Shown here piece after piece: positions 1-9,648 of a stretch of DNA of 32,000 nucleotides; within the stretch, counting starts at the first letter, position 1, and every line of letters starts with the position of its first letter. Location: the NCBI RefSeq assembly GCF_000341895.1, contig NC_020409.1, positions 1,140,001 through 1,172,000 on the forward strand. The letters run 5' to 3'. The DNA is from Pseudodesulfovibrio piezophilus C1TLV30 (GTDB lineage: Bacteria; Desulfobacterota; Desulfovibrionia; Desulfovibrionales; Desulfovibrionaceae). The notes beneath the pieces are model-generated. The model was not told where the DNA came from and did no database searches. It saw nothing but the letters and a program-made list of their open reading frames with translations. Both the position numbers and the translations under genes were made by a program.

Positions 1-509
1 AGGTTAATGAGTTAGTTGTCTATCCTTCCCAGGGAGTCGGTCGTGTCGAACGTATCGAATCCCAGGAAATCGGCGGTGTCAAGGCTGATTTCTATATTGT
101 TCGCATTCTGAGTAACAATGTGACCCTGATGGTCCCTGTTGCCAATGCCGAAAATGTCGGCCTGCGCTCCGTGTGCAGTAAAAGAATCGGACAGGAAATC
201 TTTGAATCTCTTAATGATCGATCGGAATTTACCGGCTATACTGGTCAGAATTGGAACCGACGCTACCGCGAGTACTCCGAAAAGCTCAAGAGTGGTGATC
301 TTTCTGATGTTGCCTATGTCCTCAAGGAACTTTTCCTCATCGGCAAGGACAAGGAGCTTTCATTCGGAGAGCGCAGACTTCTCGAGCAGGCCATGGGACT
401 TGTTTCCATGGAACTCGCCTATTCTGTCGATCGAGACCAGGAATTGATTAAAGAAGATATTAACGAAATGTTTGCTGATGTTATTGCTGCACAGGAAGAA
501 AAATCATAA
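1..509 (+). CDS. carD: CarD/CdnL-family RNA-polymerase-binding transcription regulator (5' end outside window; reading frame begins at nt 3)
   Basis: The frame is open from nt 3 and translates VNELVVYPSQGVGRVERIESQEIGGVKADFYIVRILSNNVTLMVPV..., the CarD_CdnL_TRCF N-terminal domain signature. A helical C-terminal half follows, with stop TAA at 507-509. The ORF-track GTG at 120 is internal. Confidence 0.85.
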   Translation, partial: VNELVVYPSQGVGRVERIESQEIGGVKADFYIVRILSNNVTLMVPVANAENVGLRSVCSKRIGQEIFESLNDRSEFTGYTGQNWNRRYREYSEKLKSGDLSDVAYVLKELFLIGKDKELSFGERRLLEQAMGLVSMELAYSVDRDQELIKEDINEMFADVIAAQEEKS

Positions 510-784
510 GGGACTTGTCAACACGTCCGGTTTAGGGTACTCCGAAACTGTTGCCGCCTCTGCGGCTTGATTCATATATCCCACTACAATCGTTAATTGA
601 GACGCGAAAGTCGTCACTGAATCAGACAAGAGGTAATTCTTTTACCGCCTTGGACGACGTTTTGATCGGTCCATTTCCATCCCCGATATATTTCGCTCCC
701 TAGGAAATACGTTGACAGTCCCTCAGTAACCAAGACTCTCAACGCCTTTCTACCAAAACCTCTAAACATCGAAATTTCAAACCT

Positions 785-2140
785 ATGGCCGAGAAAAAGA
801 CTGCAAAAGAAACCCCGAGAGGCAAAGGCAAGCCCGCCGCCCGAGGCAAGAAGAAAACTGTCGCTACCCCGAACGGGAATGGTGTCGACAGGCTGAATCT
901 GGCTGAACTCAAGCTCAAATCCATGCAGGACCTCACGGACCTCGCTGTCCAGTTGGAGGTTGAGAACCCGAGCGGGTTGCGCAAACAGGAGCTCATTTTC
1001 GAGCTTTTGCAACAATGTGCTTCACAGAATGGACAAATCTTTGGTGACGGTGTCCTTGAAATCCTGCCTGACGGCTTTGGTTTCCTCCGTTCCCCGATGT
1101 ACAGCTACATGCCTGGTCCTGATGACATCTATGTATCACCCTCGCAAATCCGTCGTTTCGGACTTCGCAAGGGTGATGTTGTTTCGGGGCAGATCCGCCC
1201 CCCCAAAGAGGGTGAACGGTATTTTGCTCTCCTCCGTGTCAGTGAAATTGGCTACGAGAAGCCTGAGCACTCCAAGAATCTCGTCCTTTTTGACAACTTG
1301 ACGCCTCTGTATCCCGAAGAGCAACTCAAGCTTGAAAATGGTGACAAGAATTATTCTTCACGCATAATTGATCTGCTTGCTCCCATCGGCAAGGGGCAGC
1401 GCGGTGTTATTGTGGCCCCGCCCCGCACCGGTAAGACCATCATGTTGCAAACCATTGCCAACTCCATCAATGCCAACCATCCAGAGGTGGACCTCATTGT
1501 CCTGCTCATTGATGAACGGCCTGAGGAAGTGACGGACATGCAACGCACGGTCAAGGCCGAAGTGGTCAGCTCCACCTTTGATGAACCACCGCAGCGTCAC
1601 GTTCAGGTGGCCGATATGGTCATCGAAAAAGCCAAACGCCTTGTTGAGCGCAAGCGGGATGTTGTTATCCTACTTGACTCCATCACACGCCTGGGCCGTG
1701 CTTATAATGCGGTGACTCCGTCGTCCGGACGAGTTTTATCCGGTGGCATCGATGCCAACGCCCTCCAGCGTCCCAAGCGATTCTTCGGTGCAGCACGCAA
1801 TATTGAAGAAGGCGGTTCACTGACGATTATTTCAACCGCACTCATCGATACAGGGTCTCGCATGGACGAAGTCATCTTCGAGGAATTCAAGGGAACCGGC
1901 AACATGGAACTCTATCTTGACCGCCATCTCTCGGAGAAACGAGTCTACCCGGCTATTGACATCAACCGCTCTGGTACCCGCAAGGAAGAACTGCTTCTGG
2001 AAGAAGACGTTCTCAACCGCGTCTGGATTTTGCGCAAGCTCCTCTCGCCCATGAGTTCTATAGACTCCATGGAGTTCCTGCGCGGCAAGATGAAAGGGAC
2101 GAAGAACAACAGACAATTCTTCGAATCAATGAGCAAATAG
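785..2140 (+). CDS. rho: Transcription termination factor Rho (with ~36-aa basic N-terminal extension)
   Basis: 451-aa ORF. It shows LNLAELK...GFGFLR (Rho N-terminal RNA-binding region), Walker A PPRTGKT, Walker [12 protein letters not shown] and C-terminal [15 protein letters not shown]. All are close to the E. coli Rho motifs. Confidence 0.97.
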   Translation: MAEKKTAKETPRGKGKPAARGKKKTVATPNGNGVDRLNLAELKLKSMQDLTDLAVQLEVENPSGLRKQELIFELLQQCASQNGQIFGDGVLEILPDGFGFLRSPMYSYMPGPDDIYVSPSQIRRFGLRKGDVVSGQIRPPKEGERYFALLRVSEIGYEKPEHSKNLVLFDNLTPLYPEEQLKLENGDKNYSSRIIDLLAPIGKGQRGVIVAPPRTGKTIMLQTIANSINANHPEVDLIVLLIDERPEEVTDMQRTVKAEVVSSTFDEPPQRHVQVADMVIEKAKRLVERKRDVVILLDSITRLGRAYNAVTPSSGRVLSGGIDANALQRPKRFFGAARNIEEGGSLTIISTALIDTGSRMDEVIFEEFKGTGNMELYLDRHLSEKRVYPAIDINRSGTRKEELLLEEDVLNRVWILRKLLSPMSSIDSMEFLRGKMKGTKNNRQFFESMSK

Positions 2141-2160
2141 CAACCCAATGAAAATGACTC

Positions 2161-2191
2161 GAAGCGGCCTTTCAAGGCCGCTTCGTTTTTT
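2161..2191 (+). terminator. Rho-independent terminator after rho
   Basis: Perfect 9-bp GC-rich stem gaagcggcc/ggccgcttc with loop tttcaa, followed by g + T6 (cgttttttg). Confidence 0.8.
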
Positions 2192-2211
2192 GTGCAATCA
2201 CACGGTCAAGG

Positions 2212-2239
2212 TTGCCATGAGACGCCAAATGGTTACTAT
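2212..2239 (+). promoter_or_regulatory. Candidate sigma70-type promoter for the M48 protease gene
   Basis: TTGCCA (2212-2217), 16-nt spacer, TACTAT (2234-2239), about 33 nt upstream of the GTG start. Pattern match only. Confidence 0.3.
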
Positions 2240-2271
2240 GAACTCAGTTTCATTCTAACCGAGGTAAGCAC

Positions 2272-3711
2272 GTGAAGCGGCTCCCCATCATTCTGACAAT
2301 TTTCATCATCTGCATGACACTGGTTTTGACACCGGCTACCATGGCGCATGCCGGAATCCTCCCGGAAAAGCAGGTGACCATTCGCGATGAAAACGAAATG
2401 GGTCGAAAATTCGACAAGCTTATTCGTCTTCAGATGCCCATGGTCGGCGACACTCTCATCACCGACTATATTGAAGGACTTGTCCAACGCATTGTTGCGG
2501 CAAAACGCCCCATGCCTTTTCATGTCAAAAGCGCAGTGATTGCCAATTCCGCACTCAATGCCTTCGCAACTCCTGGTGGATTCATCTATGTTTTCACCGG
2601 GTTGATCCAAGCCGTGGAAAACGAATCTCAACTGGCTGGAGTCATAGCTCACGAACTTGGGCACGTCTCCCAGCGCCACATGGCGAGCCGGATAGAAAAA
2701 CAGGGCAAGGTCGGCATGCTCACGATCGCCGGAGTTCTGGCCGGTGCCTTTCTTGGCATTGCCGGTGGATCTGGCTCAGGCAAAGCAGCTCAAGCCATCA
2801 TACTCGGTTCCCAGGGAATGGGCACTGCTGCCATGTTGCAATACTCTCAGGAAGATGAAAATGAGGCCGACCATGTCGGCATGAACTCACTGGTCAAGGC
2901 TGGTTTCAATCCAGAAGGTATGCCACAGACTTTTGAGTTGATGCTCAAAAATCGCTGGTTCACCAGTTCAAGCTCTGAAATGCCCGCCTATCTTTCGACT
3001 CACCCCGGTCTTGCAGAGCGTATAGACTATCTCAACGGACGCATTAAGCGCATGCCCGAGTCCTTTTTGGATCGAAAGGACGACAACACGACCCTGGTCA
3101 AAGTCCAGGCTCTGGTTCGTTCCAAAATGTCACCTGAAACAACTGCCCTTGCTTATTATCAAAATATAGCACCTTCCAAATATACAGCGCTGGATTACAT
3201 GGCACTTGGCAATGTCCAGGCCCGGCTCAAAAATATGGATCAGGCCGCCGTTGCTTTCAGCAAGGCCTTGGCCATGGAACATCAGGACCCACTGATCGCA
3301 CGCGAAGCAGGGATTTTCTATTTCAAAGCAGATAGAAAGGCTGAGGCCTTCAGATACCTTCAGCTGGCAGTCATCAAAAACAAACATGATGCCCTGGCAC
3401 TCTTTTACCTGGCTCGAATGCAAGCCGAAGCCGATCAGTATGACCGGGCCGCATCCAACATGCGCAAAGTCCTCGAGCTGGTCCCGGAAGACCCGGAAGT
3501 CCACCATCACCTCGGCATGATTCTCGGAGAATCCGGCGATGCTTTCAGCGGGAACCTGCACCTTGCCTACGCCGCCATATACTCTGGAGATATCGCAAAA
3601 GGCCGTTACCACGCAAAACAAGCCAAAACTGAAGCCAAAACCGACGCGCAGGAACAGCAACTCAAAGACCTTGAGTCAGTGATTAACGAACGGACAAAGA
3701 AAGACAACTAG
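2272..3711 (+). CDS. M48-family Zn metalloprotease with C-terminal TPR repeats (BepA/YfgC-like periplasmic protease-chaperone)
   Basis: GTG start preceded by GAGGT. Signal peptide MKRLPIILTIFIICMTLVLTPATMAHA. HExxH motif (HELGHV) with a downstream E..EAD segment. The C-terminal half has TPR-like helical repeats. At 479 aa it has the same architecture as E. coli BepA. Confidence 0.85.
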   Translation: MKRLPIILTIFIICMTLVLTPATMAHAGILPEKQVTIRDENEMGRKFDKLIRLQMPMVGDTLITDYIEGLVQRIVAAKRPMPFHVKSAVIANSALNAFATPGGFIYVFTGLIQAVENESQLAGVIAHELGHVSQRHMASRIEKQGKVGMLTIAGVLAGAFLGIAGGSGSGKAAQAIILGSQGMGTAAMLQYSQEDENEADHVGMNSLVKAGFNPEGMPQTFELMLKNRWFTSSSSEMPAYLSTHPGLAERIDYLNGRIKRMPESFLDRKDDNTTLVKVQALVRSKMSPETTALAYYQNIAPSKYTALDYMALGNVQARLKNMDQAAVAFSKALAMEHQDPLIAREAGIFYFKADRKAEAFRYLQLAVIKNKHDALALFYLARMQAEADQYDRAASNMRKVLELVPEDPEVHHHLGMILGESGDAFSGNLHLAYAAIYSGDIAKGRYHAKQAKTEAKTDAQEQQLKDLESVINERTKKDN

Positions 3712-3792
3712 GCGCTCCTTGAACACTGAACGGTTTTCACGTAGTTTGCTCTCCTTCCCAGTGAACAATAGCCTTAAGAAAAAAAGAAACAC

Positions 3793-4785
3793 ATGATCAC
3801 CGTCAGGAACATAGAAGATATCAAGGACGTCATAGCCGGGTCATGTGTGACCATTGGCAACTTTGACGGCGTCCATAAAGGGCATCAGAAACTGATTCAT
3901 CGAACCTGCTCCAGGGCAGAGGCACGAGGATTGGTCAGCGTTGTGGTCACTTTCGACCCACACCCGCTCAAAGTTCTGAGCAGTGATCGGAACCCGCCCT
4001 TCATCACACTCACGGAGCAAAAACTGGAACTCCTTTCACAGCATGGCCCACAAGTGTGTCTGCTGCTCCATTTCACCATGGAAATGGCAAAATTGACACC
4101 TGAAGAATTTGTTCGGAAATATCTGCTGGACGGCGTCAACATGAAGGAGTTGATCATTGGGTACGACTACCATCTTGGGAAAGGGCGCACCGGTGATTTC
4201 GCCACCCTGACCCGATTGGGCAAAGAAAACGGATTTACAGTCGACCGCCTCGATCCCGTCACCATTGAAGATGCCGTGGTCAGTTCCACCCGTATCCGCG
4301 ATCTTGTTCATGCAGGCCATGTCTGGGCCGTACGCCCCCTCCTCGGCCGGTTTTATCAGGTCAAGGGAGAAGTTGTTCACGGCATGAACCGGGGCGGACG
4401 CCTCCTCGGATTTCCGACTGCAAACCTCAAACTCATGGATGAACTGTTTCCCAAACCTGGAGTCTACGCAAACTGGGTCGAAGTTGACGGTAGAGTCCAC
4501 ATGGGAGTGGCGAACATTGGCAGAAATCCGACTTTCGGCAATGACGCCCTGTCTGTTGAAGCCCACCTCCTTGATTTTAAAGGGGACTTGTATGGGCGCG
4601 ATATTCGCGTTCATTTTGTTCAACGTATAAGAGATGAAAAAAAATTTTCCGGTATTGATGAACTCAAAGATCGGATCGGCAAAGACATCGAACTCGGCAG
4701 ACAGATTCTCAGCCAACCCGAAGCCGAAATTCAACTGACCAGGCCCGCCTTCGAAAACGGTTCGACACAGAACCGGCAGGACTAG
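3793..4785 (+). CDS. ribF: Bifunctional riboflavin kinase / FMN adenylyltransferase
   Basis: The N-terminus has GNFDGVHKGHQ (FAD synthetase nucleotidyltransferase motif). The C-terminal half has GFPTANL...GVY...NIG.NPTF (riboflavin kinase). 330 aa. Confidence 0.95.
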   Translation: MITVRNIEDIKDVIAGSCVTIGNFDGVHKGHQKLIHRTCSRAEARGLVSVVVTFDPHPLKVLSSDRNPPFITLTEQKLELLSQHGPQVCLLLHFTMEMAKLTPEEFVRKYLLDGVNMKELIIGYDYHLGKGRTGDFATLTRLGKENGFTVDRLDPVTIEDAVVSSTRIRDLVHAGHVWAVRPLLGRFYQVKGEVVHGMNRGGRLLGFPTANLKLMDELFPKPGVYANWVEVDGRVHMGVANIGRNPTFGNDALSVEAHLLDFKGDLYGRDIRVHFVQRIRDEKKFSGIDELKDRIGKDIELGRQILSQPEAEIQLTRPAFENGSTQNRQD

Positions 4786-4813
4786 ACGGAACCCAAAGCA
4801 CCAAAAGAGCATC

Positions 4814-6700
4814 ATGGGCCTTATCAATCAATTCTTCAATTATTGGCGCGATTTTGCCAAATCGTACAGCACTGTAGCCCCCTTCCGCTGGTTAGTCATC
4901 GGCGTATTGGTGGGCACCCTTTCCGGTCTTGTGGCCGTCGGTTTTTTCTGGTTGGTGGAAGCTGGAAAATTTATCCTCCAGCATCATCTCGCAGGTATTG
5001 TTTCGCCGGAACCCGCTGGTGAAGGAATTTTCCACGGCCCGGCAGGTGAATTTCGCCCATGGCTGATTCCGGTTTTCACGACCGGAACCGGCCTTCTCAC
5101 GGGCTGGCTCATTAATAAATATATCCCGGAGGCTATTACCGGTGGAACAGATGGCACAGACGCCACTATCAACGCATTCCATAACCAGGGAGGTATTGTC
5201 CGTGCCCGCGTTGCAATCATTCGCGGCCTGACTTCAATCCTGACCATTGCTTCGGGAGGCAGTGCCGGACGAGAAGGTCCCATTACCCAGATGGGTGCCG
5301 GAGTCGGCACATGGTTAGCCACTAAATTTGCTTTCTCTGCCAAGGAAAGGCGACTGCTTCTGCTCTCTGGAGCAGCAGGAGGTCTGGGGGCCATATTTCG
5401 TGCACCGCTCGGTGGTGCCCTGACAGCCGTCGAGGTTATTTACCGTGAGGATTTCGAAGCTGAAGCGATTCTGCCGTCGGTCATGAGTTCGGTCGTTTCC
5501 TACTCCATCTTCACATTCTTCTATGGAACCGAGCCCATTTTCAGTATCCCACGTTTTTCCTTCAGTGATCCACGAGAGTTGATCTTCTACACCCTGCTCG
5601 CTTTTGTTTGTGCCGCAGCAGGCTGGATGTATATTCGTACTTTTACCATCATAAAATACAATATATTCTACCCGCTGAGGGAAAAGCTCGGTATTATCTG
5701 GTCAATGGGTATAGGCGGACTTGCCATGGGATTGCTTGGTATTCTCTACCCCTATACCGCCTCAGACGGATTCATCACAGGCGGTCTGCTCTCCGGTGGA
5801 TACGGTTGGCTTGAACTCGCCATCCTCGGTCAAATACCAGCCCTTGCCATGTGCTACATGATAGTCGGCAAGACCGTGGCGACATCCATTACCATCGGTT
5901 CCGGGATGTCAGGCGGCATGTTTGCCCCGGCCTTGTTTGTTGGTGGTTTGTCCGGCGGGCTTGTCGGCAAAATGGGCAATCACTTTTTCCCGGACATTGT
6001 GACGCAACCGGGTGCCTACATCCTTGTGGGCATGGCTGCGTTTTTCGCAGGTGTGGCGAATGCTCCCATCGGCCCACTCATCATGGTCACGGAGTTGACC
6101 CAGGGCTATGGACTCCTGGCTCCGCTGATGCTCGCATCAGCCCTATGCCTGGTCCTTGGCCGCAACTTCTCTCTCTATGAACATCAGGTGGAGAACAAAT
6201 TCGACTCCCCGGCTCATGCTGAAGATGCAACGATTAACGTGCTCGAACAAATGCATGTGACCGATTTTTACAACCCAGGAGAAGTGGTCGTGCTTCAGGA
6301 ATCCACGACGCTCAAGGAACTGACGAACGTCATCGCCAGTTCAGACCAACTCAACTTCCCTGTCAAACGGGCTGATGGTTGGTATGCGGGAATGATTTCC
6401 ATCAACAATGTCCGCAATTGGATGTTTGAGGAAGGATTACACGATCTTATCGTTGTACGGGATCTCATGTCCAGACCCGTTTACGTTCGTCCAGACTATG
6501 ACCTTTACCAGGCCCTTCTCCGCTTCGTAAATACGGATTATGCACAGATTCCGGTTGTTTCACAGACAGATACCAGCGACATTATCGGCCTCATCAATCG
6601 GGATGATGTCTTCCAAGCCTATGCCGAGGCCATTGCCGAGGTAAAAGGTGAGGACAGCGAGGAAACGGCCATACCACCTGAAGGGTCAGCTGCTCTCTAG
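4814..6700 (+). CDS. ClC-family voltage-gated chloride channel / H+-Cl- antiporter with C-terminal tandem CBS domains
   Basis: Multi-TM protein with ClC selectivity-filter motifs GGSAGREGP and GGMFAPALF. The C-terminal ~150 aa is soluble with a CBS-pair-like sequence. The gene starts 28 nt after ribF. Confidence 0.9.
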   Translation: MGLINQFFNYWRDFAKSYSTVAPFRWLVIGVLVGTLSGLVAVGFFWLVEAGKFILQHHLAGIVSPEPAGEGIFHGPAGEFRPWLIPVFTTGTGLLTGWLINKYIPEAITGGTDGTDATINAFHNQGGIVRARVAIIRGLTSILTIASGGSAGREGPITQMGAGVGTWLATKFAFSAKERRLLLLSGAAGGLGAIFRAPLGGALTAVEVIYREDFEAEAILPSVMSSVVSYSIFTFFYGTEPIFSIPRFSFSDPRELIFYTLLAFVCAAAGWMYIRTFTIIKYNIFYPLREKLGIIWSMGIGGLAMGLLGILYPYTASDGFITGGLLSGGYGWLELAILGQIPALAMCYMIVGKTVATSITIGSGMSGGMFAPALFVGGLSGGLVGKMGNHFFPDIVTQPGAYILVGMAAFFAGVANAPIGPLIMVTELTQGYGLLAPLMLASALCLVLGRNFSLYEHQVENKFDSPAHAEDATINVLEQMHVTDFYNPGEVVVLQESTTLKELTNVIASSDQLNFPVKRADGWYAGMISINNVRNWMFEEGLHDLIVVRDLMSRPVYVRPDYDLYQALLRFVNTDYAQIPVVSQTDTSDIIGLINRDDVFQAYAEAIAEVKGEDSEETAIPPEGSAAL

Positions 6701-6715
6701 ACTGATACTAGTAAC

Positions 6716-6757
6716 AAAAAGTCCCCGTCGAACACCAAGTTCAACGGGGACTTTTTT
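6716..6757. terminator. Bidirectional intrinsic terminator between convergent ClC gene and hslU
   Basis: aaaaagtccccgt ... acggggacttttt: perfect 13-bp inverted repeat with a 15-nt loop. It is flanked by an A-tract on one side and a T-tract on the other, so it can terminate both strands. Confidence 0.75.
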
Positions 6758-6775
6758 ATTGATTCACTCTGACCT

Positions 6776-8158
6776 TTAGAGAATATATCGAGACAAATCG
6801 CGATCTTCAATGACGTCGTCAATTTGTTCCTTGACGTACTCGCGGTCGATCACAATCTGTTGTCCCGATTTATCAGGAGCTTCAAAAGACAGATTGGCCA
6901 ATATCTTTTCCATAATAGTATACAATCTCCGAGCGCCGATATTCTCGGTCTCTTCATTGATTTTTTCGGCATTACCCGCAATCTCTTCCAATGCTTCCTT
7001 GGAGAAATCCACGCTCACACCTTCTGTCTCAAGCAGAGCTTTGTACTGCACAGTCAACGCATTTTTAGGCTCGGTCAGGATACGGTAGAATTCCTCCTTG
7101 TGCAGAGACGCCAGTTCCTCACGAAGGGGAAAACGTCCCTGTAGCTCGGGAATAAGATCAGACGGTTTGGCAAAGTGAAAGGCACCTGCCGCAATAAACA
7201 GGATATGATCAGTCTTGACCATGCCATATTTCGTATTGACAACGCTCCCTTCAACAATAGGGAGCAGATCACGCTGAACACCCTCGCGGGACACGTCGGC
7301 ATTCCCCCCGGCATCCTGACGAGAGGCGATCTTATCCATCTCATCAACAAAGATGATCCCCTGCTGTTCCACACGCTCCCGCGCCAGCTCATTCACTACA
7401 TCCGGGTCAATAAGCTTGTCTGCCTCTTCATCAATAAGAACCTGATAGGCCTCCTGAATCTTCATCTTGCGGGGCTTGCGCTTTCCTGGAAACATATTGG
7501 AAAAAGCGCTTTGCAGATTTGATCCCATCTCTTCCATGCCCGGAATAGCCATGATTTCAACCTGCGCTCCCGACTGAACAGTGACCTCCAATTCAACCTC
7601 GCGGTCATCAAGCTGACCTGTTCGAAACATCTGCCGAAATTTCTCGCGCGTGGAATCATCCTTTGGAGATTCCGATTTCTCTTCAATCTCGCCGTTCGGT
7701 GATCCCATGAAAAATCCGGCGGGATTGGCTGATTTGGCATTGTTGCGAGGCAACAAAAGATCAAGCAAACGCTCTTCAGCGTTTTTCTCCGCCTTGATGC
7801 GCACCTTCTCGGTCTCTTCCTTGCGGACCATGGTAACACCGATTTCCATCAAGTCACGAATCATGGATTCAACATCCCGACCGACATACCCAACCTCAGT
7901 AAATTTGGTCGCTTCGACTTTGAAGAAAGGGCACTTGGCCAACCGAGCCAAACGTCGTGCAATCTCGGTCTTACCAACTCCGGTCGGTCCCATCAGAATG
8001 ATATTCTTGGGGGCAATTTCATCTCTCAGTTCAGGGTCCAGCTGCTGCCGCCGCCACCGGTTACGCATGGCTATGGCAACCATACGTTTGGCCGCGTTCT
8101 GACCGATAATATATTTATCAAGTTCGGATACGATCTCTCGTGGTGTCAAATTACTCAT
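6776..8158 (-). CDS. hslU: ATP-dependent protease ATPase subunit HslU
   Basis: 460 aa. N-terminus [20 protein letters not shown], Walker [16 protein letters not shown], Walker [13 protein letters not shown]-terminus DLSRYIL. GGAGG RBS upstream. Confidence 0.97.
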   Translation of the reverse strand: MSNLTPREIVSELDKYIIGQNAAKRMVAIAMRNRWRRQQLDPELRDEIAPKNIILMGPTGVGKTEIARRLARLAKCPFFKVEATKFTEVGYVGRDVESMIRDLMEIGVTMVRKEETEKVRIKAEKNAEERLLDLLLPRNNAKSANPAGFFMGSPNGEIEEKSESPKDDSTREKFRQMFRTGQLDDREVELEVTVQSGAQVEIMAIPGMEEMGSNLQSAFSNMFPGKRKPRKMKIQEAYQVLIDEEADKLIDPDVVNELARERVEQQGIIFVDEMDKIASRQDAGGNADVSREGVQRDLLPIVEGSVVNTKYGMVKTDHILFIAAGAFHFAKPSDLIPELQGRFPLREELASLHKEEFYRILTEPKNALTVQYKALLETEGVSVDFSKEALEEIAGNAEKINEETENIGARRLYTIMEKILANLSFEAPDKSGQQIVIDREYVKEQIDDVIEDRDLSRYIL

Positions 8159-8182
8159 GGAAATGCCTCCGGCGATTCAAAA

Positions 8183-8249
8183 CTCTCTCAAGCGGAGAGG
8201 GGAGAACCTCATATTTTATTAAATAATATCCTCTCAACGCGGGAGAGGA
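8183..8249 (-). repeat. Two near-identical short GC hairpins flanking an AT-rich core in the hslV-hslU spacer
   Basis: + strand: ctctctc-aagcg-gagaggg (8183-8201) and tcctctc-aacgcgg-gagagga (8229-8249). They are separated by gagaacctcatattttattaaataata. Both stems are CTCTC/GAGAG based. Confidence 0.6.
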
Positions 8250-8320
8250 AACATTGATTGATTGACAATTCGGCATGGATAGGAAGAGCAGAGGACTTCC
8301 TGAACAATGCTCAGAAAAAA

Positions 8321-8860
8321 CTACTTATCCTGTGTTTCAAGGATGATATTGCTATTTGTATACACGCATATTTCAGCGGCAATTTCCATTGCCTTTCGAG
8401 CAATATCCTTGGCTGGCATCTCTGTATTGCGTTGAAGAGCACGGGCTGCCGCTGTGGCATAGGCTCCGCCAGATCCAATGGCGGCAACGCCGTCATCAGG
8501 CTCTATAACATCTCCATTTCCGGTAATTATCAAAATATGCTCACCATCTGCCGCAAGCAACATGGCTTCAAGCTTTCGCAGATATTTATCGGTCCGCCAA
8601 TCCTTGGCCAACTCAACCGCCGCCCGAATGAGATTCCCCGAATAGGTCTCCAATTTGGATTCAAACCGCTCGGAGAGGGTAAAAGCATCAGCTGTTGCTC
8701 CGGCAAAACCAACTGTGACTTTATCTTTGTATATCCGCCGAACCTTGCGGGCGGTATGCTTCATGGCAATTGACTGACCGAAAGTTACCTGGCCATCGCC
8801 TGCCACGGCTGTTCCCAAGTCGTCCTTGACCGCAATAATAGTCGTTCCTCTGAGTTCCAT
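8321..8860 (-). CDS. hslV: ATP-dependent protease subunit HslV (proteasome-like Thr peptidase)
   Basis: Start placed at ATG 8858-8860 ([14 protein letters not shown]...), which carries a GGAGAAAGA RBS. The TTI catalytic-Thr region and GSGG motif are typical of HslV. The longer track ORF (to 8908) would add a non-homologous leader overlapping the upstream gene. Confidence 0.93.
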   Translation of the reverse strand: MELRGTTIIAVKDDLGTAVAGDGQVTFGQSIAMKHTARKVRRIYKDKVTVGFAGATADAFTLSERFESKLETYSGNLIRAAVELAKDWRTDKYLRKLEAMLLAADGEHILIITGNGDVIEPDDGVAAIGSGGAYATAAARALQRNTEMPAKDIARKAMEIAAEICVYTNSNIILETQDK

Positions 8861-8877
8861 TCTTTCTCCTTGCCTGA

Positions 8878-9423
8878 TTAGAAAAGATCTTTGGCGACGG
8901 CAGCCCATATGTTGTAGGTGTCAGCGCCATGCAGGACCATGCCTGCCTCCGAAACCAATCCTGCTGCAAGCCCTTCTTCAAGGGTCGCAAGAGCACACCG
9001 TGCGGCATCCTCATGAGGATAGCCGAACACTCCACAGGATATGGCCGGGAAAGCGATTGTCGTTATTGAGTGATGATGAGCCAGTCGAAGACTGTTCAGA
9101 TAAGCGTTTCGCAGCAGGTGTGATTCATGTGCTGTTCCACCTCGCCAAAAGGGGCCAACGGTATGAATTATATACCTTGCCGGGAGGTTGAAACCAGGCG
9201 TCAAGAGAGCCTCCCCCACGGGGAGAGACCCGATGCTTTCAATGATCACCTGACATGCAGCATGCAGTAAATCCCGCCCTGCGGCATGATGTATTGATCC
9301 GTCAACTCCACCTCCACCAGCCAACTCCGAATTAGCTGCATTGACTATGGCATCCACAGCAAGAGTCGTGATGTCGTCCTGTCGGATGAAGAGGTGGCCG
9401 GAGCCGATTTCCCAACGTAGCAT
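8878..9423 (-). CDS. Macro-domain protein (O-acetyl-ADP-ribose deacetylase / ADP-ribose binding, YmdB-like)
   Basis: 181 aa. Motifs [34 protein letters not shown] and [13 protein letters not shown] are canonical macro-domain motifs. The stop lies 17 nt before the hslV start. Confidence 0.9.
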   Translation of the reverse strand: MLRWEIGSGHLFIRQDDITTLAVDAIVNAANSELAGGGGVDGSIHHAAGRDLLHAACQVIIESIGSLPVGEALLTPGFNLPARYIIHTVGPFWRGGTAHESHLLRNAYLNSLRLAHHHSITTIAFPAISCGVFGYPHEDAARCALATLEEGLAAGLVSEAGMVLHGADTYNIWAAVAKDLF

Positions 9424-9433
9424 GGTATCTGGA

Positions 9434-9461
9434 ATTATAAATCGCCCAAAGCAAATAGCAA
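9434..9461 (-). promoter_or_regulatory. Candidate sigma70 promoter giving a (near-)leaderless macro-hslVU transcript
   Basis: On the - strand: TTGCTA (9461-9456), 16-nt spacer, perfect TATAAT (9439-9434). The -10 ends 10 nt before the ATG at 9423. No Shine-Dalgarno sequence lies in between. Confidence 0.4.
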
Positions 9462-9648
9462 GAGGTGAAACGGCTTTTGTTCAAACGAATGCAATCCACA
9501 AAAGGCCAAGCTCGATTTTGAAGTAGATGAGACAAGAGAACTCTCAAATGCAGCATTCAATGAAAAGAGTGAAAAAACCTGGAGAGAGACGGAGACTCCC
9601 CTTCCCCAAATTGAAATGGACATAAAGAAGCAGCAGGAAGGAATAAAA

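Noticed and set aside
4634-4650. A8T4 homopolymer run (gaaaaaaaatttt) inside ribF as a possible slippery or phase-variable site
   Set aside because: The reading frame is intact through the run and continues into conserved C-terminal sequence. No alternative frame product is evident.
4036-4827. 263-aa ORF on the - strand
   Set aside because: It is antisense to ribF, whose + frame has unambiguous FAD-synthetase and riboflavin-kinase motifs. It also overlaps the ClC gene start. No motifs were found.
8861-8908. N-terminal extension of hslV (track ORF starts at 8908)
   Set aside because: The extension ([16 protein letters not shown]) overlaps the macro-domain gene and has no homology-like features. 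The internal ATG at 8860 has a good RBS and gives the canonical M-x3-TTI N-terminus.
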